A DNA stretch of 35,129 nucleotides from an uncultured Oscillospiraceae bacterium (GCA_964655605.1 CAZZNN010000003.1:1-35129); one strand, 5' to 3'. Positions 26,248 to 34,521 are shown, counted from the first letter of the stretch. Notes: generated from the letters alone by a model not told the origin. Made by a program: numbers and translations.

Positions 26248-26277
26248 TTGCAATCACCTCCCCGCCTGTGGTATATT
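26248..26277 (+). promoter_or_regulatory. Promoter for the uracil-permease leader: TTGCAA-18 nt-TGgTATATT (extended -10)
   Basis: Read directly from the sequence. It lies back to back with the padR promoter. Confidence 0.4.
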
Positions 26278-26323
26278 TATTGGCGATAAAAATTTTACTT
26301 GGAAGTTTAGGAGGTGCGCTGCG

Positions 26324-26380
26324 GTGAAGAAAATAACGTTGCTTTTGCCCGTCGCATTTCATAGATATTTCGCTTTTTGA
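26324..26380 (+). CDS. Candidate 18-codon leader peptide (GTG start) MKKITLLLPVAFHRYFAF
   Basis: An AGGAGG SD (26309-14) lies 9 nt before the GTG. The TGA stop (26378-80) overlaps the first bases of the terminator stem. The frame was verified codon by codon. Confidence 0.35.
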   Translation: MKKITLLLPVAFHRYFAF

Positions 26381-26404
26381 CGGATATTTTATCCGTCTTT
26401 TTTT
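26379..26404 (+). terminator. Intrinsic terminator/attenuator in the uracil-permease leader
   Basis: GACGGAT-ATTTT-ATCCGTC followed by seven T residues, ending 25 nt before the permease ATG. Confidence 0.55.
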
Positions 26405-26429
26405 ATGTAAAAAAACATGGAGGTGTATT

Positions 26430-27797
26430 ATGGATAAAACAAAGGAGAAGGTCGCCGCGCAGGAGGGCGCGCCGGTGACAAATTCGGTGAAGCAGCTTGG
26501 CTGGCCCAAGACGCTGATCTTAGGCTTCCAGCACATGTTCGCTATGTTTGGAGCGACGGTGCTCGTACCCGCGATAACGGGGCTTTCCGTTTCAGCGACG
26601 CTGCTGTTCGCGGGCATAGGCACGCTGCTGTTTCATCTTTTAACAAAGCGCAAGGTGCCGGCGTTCCTCGGCTCGTCCTTCGCGTTCCTTGGCGCTTACG
26701 GGCTTATTGCGGCTTCCGGCGAAGCCATTCCGCTTTCGTATTCCTCCTTCGGCGTGTTCTGCGCGGGCTTTGTATATGTTATCCTGGCAGCGCTCATAAA
26801 GGTGTTCGGCGCAAAAAAGGTGCTGCGCTTCTTCCCGCCAATAGTGACGGGGCCGGTTATAATAGCGATAGGCCTCACGCTTTCGGGCTGGGCGTTTTCA
26901 AACTGCGCCACCAACTGGTGGATCTCGCTCCTTGCCGTGCTGGTGGTTATAATATGCAATATTTGGGGCAAGGGCATGATAAAGATAATCCCGGTGCTCC
27001 TTGGCGTTATCGTATCATACAGCGTGGCGGCTATAACGGGCAATCTTGACCCGGCGGCCGTGGCAAAGATAAATGATGCGGCGTGGATAGGCCTTCCAAT
27101 AGTGTGGGAGAACAGCGTGTTCGCCGCCTTTAAGGACGGCAACGCCTCGCTTTTGATAACGAGCGCGATAACCATAATCCCCATAAGCCTTGCCACCATA
27201 GTTGAGCACATTGGCGACATTTCCGCCATAAGCTCCACCACAGGCAACAATTACATCAAGGATCCCGGCCTTCACCGCACGCTCCTTGGCGACGGTTTGG
27301 CCACATCGCTCGCGGCGCTCTTTGGCGCGCCCGCCAACACTACCTACGGCGAAAATACGGGCGTATTGAATCTCACCCGCGTTTACGACCCGCTGGTTAT
27401 CCGCCTTGCGGCGATAATCGCGGTGGTGCTCGCCTTCTCGCCCAAGTTCGCGGCGCTCATAAGCGCTATGCCGGTAGCCACGCTCGGCGGCGTGAGCCTG
27501 GTGCTCTACGGCATGATCTCGGCTGTAGGCGTGCGCAACGTGGTTGAAAACAAGGTCGATTTCACAAAGAGCCGCAACGTTATAATAGCGGCGCTCATAC
27601 TCGTGCTCGCCATAGGCATTAAATACGGCACTGAGGCTGGCGCGATAGTATTCAGCATCGGCTCCGTGGCGATAAGCCTTTCCGGCCTCGCGGTGGCGGC
27701 GCTCGTGGGAATTATTCTAAATGCGGTGCTGCCCGGCAAGGATTACGAATTCGGCGCTGACGTTCAAGGCGATACGTCCGTGAACTTCAAGGTATAA
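26430..27797 (+). CDS. uraA: Uracil permease (NCS2/uracil-xanthine permease family)
   Basis: Recalled E. coli UraA motifs are present: QHMFAMFGATVLVP, PAFLGSSFAF, NTTYGENTGV, GGVSLVLYGMI. A GGAGGTG SD is present. Confidence 0.9.
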   Translation: MDKTKEKVAAQEGAPVTNSVKQLGWPKTLILGFQHMFAMFGATVLVPAITGLSVSATLLFAGIGTLLFHLLTKRKVPAFLGSSFAFLGAYGLIAASGEAIPLSYSSFGVFCAGFVYVILAALIKVFGAKKVLRFFPPIVTGPVIIAIGLTLSGWAFSNCATNWWISLLAVLVVIICNIWGKGMIKIIPVLLGVIVSYSVAAITGNLDPAAVAKINDAAWIGLPIVWENSVFAAFKDGNASLLITSAITIIPISLATIVEHIGDISAISSTTGNNYIKDPGLHRTLLGDGLATSLAALFGAPANTTYGENTGVLNLTRVYDPLVIRLAAIIAVVLAFSPKFAALISAMPVATLGGVSLVLYGMISAVGVRNVVENKVDFTKSRNVIIAALILVLAIGIKYGTEAGAIVFSIGSVAISLSGLAVAALVGIILNAVLPGKDYEFGADVQGDTSVNFKV

Positions 27798-27811
27798 CAC
27801 TCAAATGCACT

Positions 27812-27846
27812 AATAACGGAGGCGATAATCGCTTCCGTTATTTTTT
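27812..27846 (+). terminator. Intrinsic terminator after the uracil permease gene
   Basis: AATAACGGAGGCGAT-A-ATCGCTTCCGTTATT (one G-U pair) followed by TTTTTT. Confidence 0.7.
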
Positions 27847-27916
27847 GCCCAAATAATGACGAATATAACAGTATGGACACTATATTTTTGCATGGACGCG
27901 CCATAAGGAGCACAAA

Positions 27917-28561
27917 ATGAACATCTTATCCTATCAGGCGGCCTACAAGGCTTCTATCACCAAGTCGGCAAGCGTCGCGGCGACGGCTTCAGCTTCAAAC
28001 GGGACTTCGTTTACAGCAACGCTTAAAAGCGCATTTGGCGCGGTCAGCGCCGCGCAGGAGCTGCCAAAGGGCAATGTGAGCTTCACGCGGCAAAGCCTAA
28101 ACTATGCTTTCGACGTTGACATGAGCAAATCCAAAGATGCCATGACGCTCGATGAATACAAAATGTATGCGCTGAACAAATTTTCACAGATAAACGTGTC
28201 CGCATTCACCATGACGCATGTTTTCGGCCCAATAACCGTGACGGAGGAATGCTTTGAGCGCATGAAGGCTGACGAGGGCTTTGAAAGCATAGTTTTCAGC
28301 ACCATGCGCATGGAGCTTACCACCACAATGTGCGATAATATGCCCGCGTGCTACGGCGACTATACCTTTGGCGGCACCGTTGACGAGATACGCGGCACCG
28401 CCTATTCAATAGACGCCCCCACACGCGCTTCCAATAAAAAGAGCTATTGGGAAATACGCATGGAAAAAATAAAAGAAGCCCTAAGAGAAGCGCGCAAAAA
28501 GGCGGACGAGGGCGCTAACAGCGAGGACATCTATCAGCTGCTGTGCGGCCTTATGGCGTGA
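27917..28561 (+). CDS. Hypothetical protein (214 aa), no recognisable family
   Basis: A clean ORF with an AAGGAG SD. The N-terminus is low-complexity Ala/Ser/Thr and the C-terminus is a charged helix. I see no signal peptide or TM segment. Confidence 0.6.
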   Translation: MNILSYQAAYKASITKSASVAATASASNGTSFTATLKSAFGAVSAAQELPKGNVSFTRQSLNYAFDVDMSKSKDAMTLDEYKMYALNKFSQINVSAFTMTHVFGPITVTEECFERMKADEGFESIVFSTMRMELTTTMCDNMPACYGDYTFGGTVDEIRGTAYSIDAPTRASNKKSYWEIRMEKIKEALREARKKADEGANSEDIYQLLCGLMA

Positions 28562-28673
28562 TAAACGGGGTAAAAAGCAAAAATATGTCAAAGTAGTGTT
28601 TACTTTATTTCTAAACTGTGTTAATATTAGCCATACGCACATAAGTGCACAAAATTTTTAGGAGGAAATAATA

Positions 28674-29108
28674 ATGGAAGTACAGAATCCTGCACCGCAG
28701 AAATGCACGTTTCTCAAAGTTATGGGCATCATAATGATAGTTGGCGGCATACTGGGCATAATCCTTGGTATCGTTGGCGCGCTTGGCGTTGGCGCCGTGG
28801 TCGCCCTCGCGGCTGCCACCGGAACTGAAATAGGCAGTGGCTTGCTTATCGTTGCCAGCATACTGGGCATAGTCGCTTCCGTTTTTGAGCTTATCGCCGG
28901 TATCAATGGCGTTAAGAATTGCGACAAGCCGCAGCTTGCGCAGAAGTGCGTAATTCTCGGCGTCATCATAATCGGTATCGCGATTCTTTCCAACGTATTC
29001 ACCCTCATCGCATACGCGGACAGCTTCAACGTGCTCGGCCTTGTGACTGGTCTCATCGTGCCGGTGCTCTATCTTGTGGCTTCGCTTCAGCTCAAGAAGA
29101 TGGCGTAA
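28674..29108 (+). CDS. Small integral membrane protein (about 4 TM), function unknown
   Basis: Four hydrophobic, Gly-rich segments (GIIMIVGGILGIILGIVGALGVG and similar) with an AGGAGG SD. No terminator separates it from the preceding gene. Confidence 0.65.
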   Translation: MEVQNPAPQKCTFLKVMGIIMIVGGILGIILGIVGALGVGAVVALAAATGTEIGSGLLIVASILGIVASVFELIAGINGVKNCDKPQLAQKCVILGVIIIGIAILSNVFTLIAYADSFNVLGLVTGLIVPVLYLVASLQLKKMA

Positions 29109-29126
29109 TAACACTAAGTTCTATAT

Positions 29127-29154
29127 AAAGTGGCGAGCTTTCGCCACTTTTTTT
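29127..29154 (+). terminator. Intrinsic terminator
   Basis: AAAGTGGCGA-GCTT-TCGCCACTTT followed by a T-run. Confidence 0.75.
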
Positions 29155-29212
29155 GTTTTTATACGGCGAAAAATATGTTATAATTGAATATATTGCATTT
29201 GGAAGGTTTATC

Positions 29213-29593
29213 ATGGCAAAATTTGTCTGGAAAGATAGAAAACGCATAATATTCGGTTTACCGTGGACCTTTACGCGCTATTCGCTCGATGAGGAAAAGC
29301 TATTCATCGAAACCGGCTTCTTGAGCCGCAAGGAAGAAGAAATAAGGCTTTACCGCATACTCGACATCACCTTAAAGCGTCCGTTCGGGCAGCGTTTATG
29401 GGGCTTGGGCACTATCCATCTTTGCACCGCGGATAAATCCACACCCGAAATAGACATAAAGCGCATTAAAAAATCCCGCGAAATAAAGGATATGCTCTCA
29501 GACATGGTTGAGCGCGAGCGCAATGAAAAGCGCATTGGCGCACGTGAATTTATGGGCGCTGTGGATATGGACGACGACGAGTTTATGCATTGA
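29213..29593 (+). CDS. Bacterial PH (bPH_2/DUF304-like) domain protein, soluble form
   Basis: The pattern (TFTRYSLDEEKLFIETGFLSRKEEEIRLYRILDITLKRPFGQRLWGLGTIHL) is typical of the YdbS/YdbT-type PH domain. The start is set at the ATG at 29213 with a GGAAGG SD, and a TGtTATAAT box lies upstream. Confidence 0.7.
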   Translation: MAKFVWKDRKRIIFGLPWTFTRYSLDEEKLFIETGFLSRKEEEIRLYRILDITLKRPFGQRLWGLGTIHLCTADKSTPEIDIKRIKKSREIKDMLSDMVERERNEKRIGAREFMGAVDMDDDEFMH

Positions 29594-29606
29594 TTATTAC
29601 CAAAGC

Positions 29607-29709
29607 GCGAAAACCTAACGGTTTTCATCCGTTTCGGCGTACATGCCGCCGAAGCCGGATTATAAGTCAAGGGCGCGGCCCTTGACAATCCCGGGGTTTA
29701 TCGACAGTC
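29607..29709 (+). repeat. Copy B of the structured element (103 nt: the 81-nt core plus a 22-nt hairpin insertion at 29666-29687)
   Basis: Base-for-base identity with copy A on both sides of the insertion GTCAAGGGC-GCG-GCCCTTGAC-A. It has the same orientation and the same context, between a stop codon and a terminator. Confidence 0.6.
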
Positions 29710-29751
29710 CAAAGGGAACGGCTTTCGCCGTTCCCTTTGGACTTGTTTTTA
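29709..29751 (+). terminator. Intrinsic terminator after the bPH gene and repeat copy B (hairpin shared with the convergent dihydropyrimidinase gene)
   Basis: CCAAAGGGAACGGC-TTTC-GCCGTTCCCTTTGG (14 bp perfect) followed by ACTTGTTTTTA. Confidence 0.65.
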
Positions 29752-31149
29752 TAGCGCCGGGCCGTTAAAATGAAGTTTATCGCACTTTATGAACTCGCCC
29801 GCGCCGCGCTTGCCAACAAATTCGCCATCTTTATACACGAGGCGGCCTCTTGAATACGTCATAACGGGATAGCCCTTTAGTTTAACGCCCTCCCATATAG
29901 TGTAATCGGTGTTGCCATGCATATTTTCATTTTTCACGGTGACGAGCTTTTGGGGGTCGTATATCACTATATCAGCATCGCGCCCGACTACGAGCTCGCC
30001 CTTGCGTTTTTGAATGCCAAAAAGCTTGGCGGGATTGCTCGCGCACACCTCAACGGCCTTTGGGAAGCTAATTGTGCCCTTATTGGCCTCGGAGAGCATA
30101 TAGGGATACATATTTTCAATGCCCGCGCAGCCATTGGGTATGGTGGTGAAATTGCCCGGCTCGCCATTTGGCAGCTTCACTCCCCAATCCTTCTCACTGC
30201 GTTTGAACGGGCAGTGATCAGTGGCGACAGTGAAAATATCGCCGCGCTTTAGCGCCGCCCAAACGGCGTCCTGCGACTTTTGCCCCTTTATTGGCGGCGA
30301 GCACACGAAATCGCGGCCGCGTTCGCGCTTATACACTTCATTGGTGAAATTTAAATATTGCGGGCAGGTTTCCGCAAATATGGGATAGCCCGCGTCGCGC
30401 GCGCGGCTGAGCGCCTCTACGCCCTTAGCATCCGCAAGATGCACTAAATACAGCGGAGCCTGAGCCATTTGAGCTATATTTATGGCGCGCTCGTCGGCCT
30501 CGCCCTCAACCATTTCGTCGCGTGACATATAATGCCACCATGCGCCGGTTTTGCCTTCTCTTAGATATTGCTTCACGCGCGCGGCGAGCACGCCCCTATT
30601 TTCGGCATGAACGCCCACGAGCGCGTTTAGCTTGCGCGCCGCGCACAAAAGCTCATAAAGCTCGCCGTCGTTAAGGCCGAAGTCATACACCATGTATGCC
30701 TTATATGACGTTATGCCAAGGCGCACGGCCTCCTGCATGGATTCAAGGTATTCGGGCTTTGATATATCGCTTAAACCTATATGGAAGGAATAATCCACCG
30801 CCGCGTCCGGCGCGGCGAGCGCGTTGCGGCGATAAAATGCGTCCGGGAGCAGCTCGCCCATATCCTGCTGAATAAAATCGAACACCGTTGTGGTGCCGCC
30901 GCACGCGGCGCTTCGCGTGCCGGTGAAATAATCGTCGCTTGAAACCGTTGCGCCCACGGGCAGCGCAAGATGCGTGTGCGAATCGATAGCGCCCGGCAAA
31001 ACGAGCTTGCCGCTTGCGTCCGCCGTTTCATCGAATTCACCGCTGAGTTTTTCGCCTATCGCAGCTATTTTGCCGTTTTTCACGGCAATATCGGCCTTGA
31101 ACATGGCCTTGGAGGCAACGATGACACCGTTTTTGATAAGCAGCTTCAT
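29749..31149 (-). CDS. Dihydropyrimidinase / D-hydantoinase (cyclic amidohydrolase)
   Basis: The DSHTHL metal site, ITSYKAYM (carbamylated-Lys region), VHAEN and TDHCPF fit the typical family pattern. Its SD lies inside the 3' end of the upstream protease gene. Confidence 0.85.
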   Translation of the reverse strand: MKLLIKNGVIVASKAMFKADIAVKNGKIAAIGEKLSGEFDETADASGKLVLPGAIDSHTHLALPVGATVSSDDYFTGTRSAACGGTTTVFDFIQQDMGELLPDAFYRRNALAAPDAAVDYSFHIGLSDISKPEYLESMQEAVRLGITSYKAYMVYDFGLNDGELYELLCAARKLNALVGVHAENRGVLAARVKQYLREGKTGAWWHYMSRDEMVEGEADERAINIAQMAQAPLYLVHLADAKGVEALSRARDAGYPIFAETCPQYLNFTNEVYKRERGRDFVCSPPIKGQKSQDAVWAALKRGDIFTVATDHCPFKRSEKDWGVKLPNGEPGNFTTIPNGCAGIENMYPYMLSEANKGTISFPKAVEVCASNPAKLFGIQKRKGELVVGRDADIVIYDPQKLVTVKNENMHGNTDYTIWEGVKLKGYPVMTYSRGRLVYKDGEFVGKRGAGEFIKCDKLHFNGPAL

Positions 31150-31152
31150 AAA

Positions 31153-33249
31153 TCATGCCTTTCTTCTAAATATTATCAAGCCCAAATATGCGGCCAGCAG
31201 GAGCAAAAAGCCCATTATGCTGCCGTTATCCGCCGTCTGCGGAGGCGTTTCGCCCGCTGCGAACACGCTTGCGTCCGTACCGGTTGAGCTCATATCGCTC
31301 GGGGTTGCGGGCGCCGCCGCGCCGCTTGCGGCGTTCGTGCCGAAAAGATCCTCGGGGTCGCTCGGCACATCGGGCTGCAAGCCTGAGGGCGGAGCCATGG
31401 TATCATAAGCGTTATCGGCAAGCCAATTTTCATAAGTGTAGGTAATAGCGCCGCTCGCGGGCAGATAATCCACTAAAATATTCATTGCGGCGGAGCTTAT
31501 ATCCGTGCTGAAAACGCGATAGGGCGAAGCCGTGCAGTATTGAGCGCGGCGCGAGGTGACGCTATTCCAAAATGGCGTTTTAGTGCCGTCGCCCGGCTCG
31601 ATAAACACGGGCATTGCGCCATACTCGCCCTCATGATTATTCACAGTGTTGTAATACCAATATTTATCTATGGCGTTCTCATCTATCCGCCAGATAACAA
31701 TGCCGCCGCAATCTGCTCCCGTTCCGTAAAACGGGACGAGTCCCTTATCAAAGCCCTCGAGCTGTCTGTTTTCTATTAAATAATACACCTTGCCGCTGCC
31801 AAGCCGCAGCACATTATAATCGCTCGGTGAGGCCGCTTGATAAAGCGAGTGCCGGCCTGTGCCTATCGGCGTTTCATCATAAAAGCCCAGCCACGTTTTT
31901 TGATATGCGTCTATATGCGTTGGCAAACTGCCCGGTTGGGCCGTGTTATCCGCGCGGCCCCAGCAGCCTGAGGCCATAAGGCTCAAGCCATCTACTCTAT
32001 ATCTTAGATTGCTGTATCCCGTGTCATATAGATCCTTCAGCCCCAGGTCGTGCCCCAATTCGTGGCATACCGTGCCGAATTGCATCTGCTTATAAGAGGT
32101 ATCAGTCGGGCTTTGATAGTCATACTTCGGATTGAAGTTTTCACCGAGCGTGGTGTATTTATACACCACAACGTCATCCACCTTAACCGTGCGGACATAA
32201 TGGCCGTCGTTAACGAGCCAGCTATGCGCCCATGTGGCTTTCTTGCCCTCAGCCCCGTCGGGTCCCATGGCGGAGGCCTCATAGCCCGCCGACACCACCA
32301 CCATTGCAAGCTCGTGAGGCGTGATAATTTTATCGTTATTCCTATCAAAGCTGTTAAAATCAACATAAGCCGCTGCCGCGCTGACGGCGTACGCGAATAC
32401 CATGCTTGTATTATACATTGTATAGTTCGTACCGCTCGCATTGGTGTAAAGCCCGCGAAACGTGCTGCCATAGCGCGGCATATCTATTGGCAGCGTCACA
32501 GAAACCACGCCGTCCTGCTCGCCGTTTGTCTCCGTGGCGGGCACATAGGTGAACTTGCCATTTGAAACCTCGGTGTAATATTTTGAAACGCCGTCGTTGA
32601 ATATCCTGCGTGACCATTGTTTAGCTGTGGATTTGCACTCTATATCGGCATAGTTGAGCCTTATCACAAGCAGCGGACAGGTTGCGCCTATTCCGGGGAT
32701 CTCAAAAGATCGGGGCAACGTGGCGTATTTTCCATATAGCGCGTCTTGGGAGTTGGTATTGCAATCGTAGTTTGGTGCAATATCTGTTCTAGTTGAAGCA
32801 ACGCCGTTTGCGGGCGCGCCATTTGCGGGCAAGCCGCTTAAAAAAGCGCCGCCGACAAGCGCTGCCGAGTCGCGCACCGCTGAAATTTTATCCTTTATTT
32901 GAGAAGCGTCAACATCGTTCATATTAACCTTTGGGGCTTCGTCTCCGCTTGAGCCGTTGGGCGCGGCGGAATAAAATGCGGGGTGAAGCGGCTCTCCCAC
33001 GGCAAACTCCCCATTTTGCGCTACAACATAGCGCCACGCGCCGCCGCCATCCACAACCAAAAGGTTCCCCTCAATATCGGTGGTGTATGAAAAAAACTCG
33101 TCGCCAAAAAGCCTTGCCTGAAATTCTTCTCCGTTGGCATCGGTAAAGGTGACCTCGCCCGGATACGCGGGGCACGCGAGCGCCGTTGAAAAAATCATAA
33201 GCGTGAGTGCCGCAAGCAGCCACGCAAGGGGTCTTTTTGATGTATACAA
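31153..33249 (-). CDS. Secreted M6-family (immune inhibitor A-like) zinc metalloprotease with a C-terminal sorting-signal-like tail
   Basis: An N-terminal signal peptide, the HELGHDLGLKDLYD zinc site, and the C-terminal tail PPQTADNGSIMGFLLLLAAYLGLIIFRRKA. It has a TTG start 6 nt after an AAGGAG SD, and a TGcTATAAT box at 33282-33290. Confidence 0.8.
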   Translation of the reverse strand: MYTSKRPLAWLLAALTLMIFSTALACPAYPGEVTFTDANGEEFQARLFGDEFFSYTTDIEGNLLVVDGGGAWRYVVAQNGEFAVGEPLHPAFYSAAPNGSSGDEAPKVNMNDVDASQIKDKISAVRDSAALVGGAFLSGLPANGAPANGVASTRTDIAPNYDCNTNSQDALYGKYATLPRSFEIPGIGATCPLLVIRLNYADIECKSTAKQWSRRIFNDGVSKYYTEVSNGKFTYVPATETNGEQDGVVSVTLPIDMPRYGSTFRGLYTNASGTNYTMYNTSMVFAYAVSAAAAYVDFNSFDRNNDKIITPHELAMVVVSAGYEASAMGPDGAEGKKATWAHSWLVNDGHYVRTVKVDDVVVYKYTTLGENFNPKYDYQSPTDTSYKQMQFGTVCHELGHDLGLKDLYDTGYSNLRYRVDGLSLMASGCWGRADNTAQPGSLPTHIDAYQKTWLGFYDETPIGTGRHSLYQAASPSDYNVLRLGSGKVYYLIENRQLEGFDKGLVPFYGTGADCGGIVIWRIDENAIDKYWYYNTVNNHEGEYGAMPVFIEPGDGTKTPFWNSVTSRRAQYCTASPYRVFSTDISSAAMNILVDYLPASGAITYTYENWLADNAYDTMAPPSGLQPDVPSDPEDLFGTNAASGAAAPATPSDMSSTGTDASVFAAGETPPQTADNGSIMGFLLLLAAYLGLIIFRRKA

Positions 33250-33369
33250 GGTTTTCTCCTTAATTGTATTTGGATCTATGTATTATAGCACTTTTCCGGA
33301 TAAAGCGCCACCTATTGCGGAGCATTTATTGCGGCAATGCGCCCGCGCTATAACGCGGAGTTATGCAGC

Positions 33370-34521
33370 TTACTTTAGGGTCAAGTTTTCGTCCGTAAGG
33401 CGGCAGAGCGCTTGCGTGACGTTTATCGCGGCGAGCGCCTCATGCGCCTCGTTATACGCAGCAAGCCGCACGTCCTTTTTAAGCGGGGCGCGCTGAGCGC
33501 GAAGGAGCAGGTTTTTAGGCGTATGCGTAAGCTCCACAAACTCCATAAGCTGCGTTTTATAGCCATAGGCCGTGAGCAGCTTCGCGCGCACGGTATCCGT
33601 CAAAAGCGCGGCGTAGCGCTCCTTTACAATTCCGTATTCGCTCAAAAGAGGCACGGAATTTTTTGTTAGCTGCATATTTATTTCGTGCTGACAGCAGGGC
33701 GCTGAGAATATATATTCAGCGTTCCATCTTATGGCGTTATAGAGCACGAGGTCGGTTGCCGTATCGCACGCGTGAAGCGATAAAACCATATCCACCTTTT
33801 TATCCGGCGCGAACTCGCCTATATCGCATGCGGCGAATTTAAGCCCCGTATAGCCGTATTTCGAGCTCAAAGCATTGCAGGAGGCCATTACGTCGGCCTT
33901 GAGGTCTATGCCGGTCATGCTCACATTAAGGCCGCGCACATTTTTGAGATAATGATACACAACAAATGTGAGGTACGACTTGCCGCACCCAAAGTCTATC
34001 GCGTAAAACGGCGAGCCTTTTGGCAATTCGCCAAGGCAATCGTCTATAAGCTCCAAAAATCTGTTTATCTGCTTATATTTATCCGCCATAGCCTTTACGA
34101 TATGCCCGTCCGCGCTCATAACGCCAACGTCCACAAGCGCGGGTACCGCAACTCCGTCAGGCAGCGCATATTCCTTTGCGCGGTCGTGCAAAAGGCGCTT
34201 TTGCGGCGCGGACGCGAGCTTGTTTTCGTGCGTTAAAAGCTTTCCCTTCGAGGTATAGCGCGCGCTAAGCTCGCGCTCGCCGCTCCACGCGTTTAGCTGT
34301 CTGAAATTTTCCATGAGCGCCGCTATCTCGCCTGACGCATTGCACAAAGCGGCGCGCGAGTGAAACGCCTGCTTTTCGGTTAGCTTTTCTATCTCGAAAG
34401 CGCCGTTTAAAAGCGAGAATGTTATCTTTTTATATTCGCCGCCTTTAGGATTGCTCAAAATAAGCTTATATGCGCCATTCGCAATGGCGGACTCGATAAA
34501 TTTTGTTAATTCTGCGTCCAT
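33370..34521 (-). CDS. Class I SAM-dependent methyltransferase (Methyltransf_32-like) with an N-terminal accessory domain
   Basis: Motif I (AIDFGCGKSYLTF) and a downstream acidic motif (GIDLK). A GGAGG SD is present. Confidence 0.7.
   Translation of the reverse strand: MDAELTKFIESAIANGAYKLILSNPKGGEYKKITFSLLNGAFEIEKLTEKQAFHSRAALCNASGEIAALMENFRQLNAWSGERELSARYTSKGKLLTHENKLASAPQKRLLHDRAKEYALPDGVAVPALVDVGVMSADGHIVKAMADKYKQINRFLELIDDCLGELPKGSPFYAIDFGCGKSYLTFVVYHYLKNVRGLNVSMTGIDLKADVMASCNALSSKYGYTGLKFAACDIGEFAPDKKVDMVLSLHACDTATDLVLYNAIRWNAEYIFSAPCCQHEINMQLTKNSVPLLSEYGIVKERYAALLTDTVRAKLLTAYGYKTQLMEFVELTHTPKNLLLRAQRAPLKKDVRLAAYNEAHEALAAINVTQALCRLTDENLTLK

Noticed and set aside
26200-26429. I looked for a PyrR binding loop or a purine/guanine riboswitch in the uracil-permease leader.
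   Set aside because: I could not find the UCCAGAGAGG-type PyrR motif or the conserved purine-riboswitch junction sequences by eye. The only alternative pairing to the terminator 5' arm is a weak 5-bp CCGTC/GACGG helix. I therefore report a ribosome-mediated model instead, and covariance-model searches should confirm it.
25784-26623. A 279-aa version of the PadR ORF. Similar N-terminal extensions appear in the ORF track for the PrpD-family gene (to 1576), LysR (to 2628), CopA (to 9808), the amidohydrolase (from 21425), a GNAT (from 23734) and the bPH gene (from 29153).
   Set aside because: The extensions lack SDs. They run through promoters, terminators or neighbouring genes, and they show no family-like sequence. 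In each case an internal ATG with a good SD coincides with the canonical family N-terminus.
4691-29709. The two identical direct repeats might be attL/attR-like boundaries of a 25-kb integrated mobile element, or integron attC sites.
   Set aside because: The interval between them is core metabolism (asd, aspartate kinase, hom, thrC, thrB, copA, mscL, a helicase) and contains no integrase, recombinase, transposase or phage/conjugation genes. The element lacks the attC R' GTTRRRY core at its 3' end and has no terminal inverted repeats.
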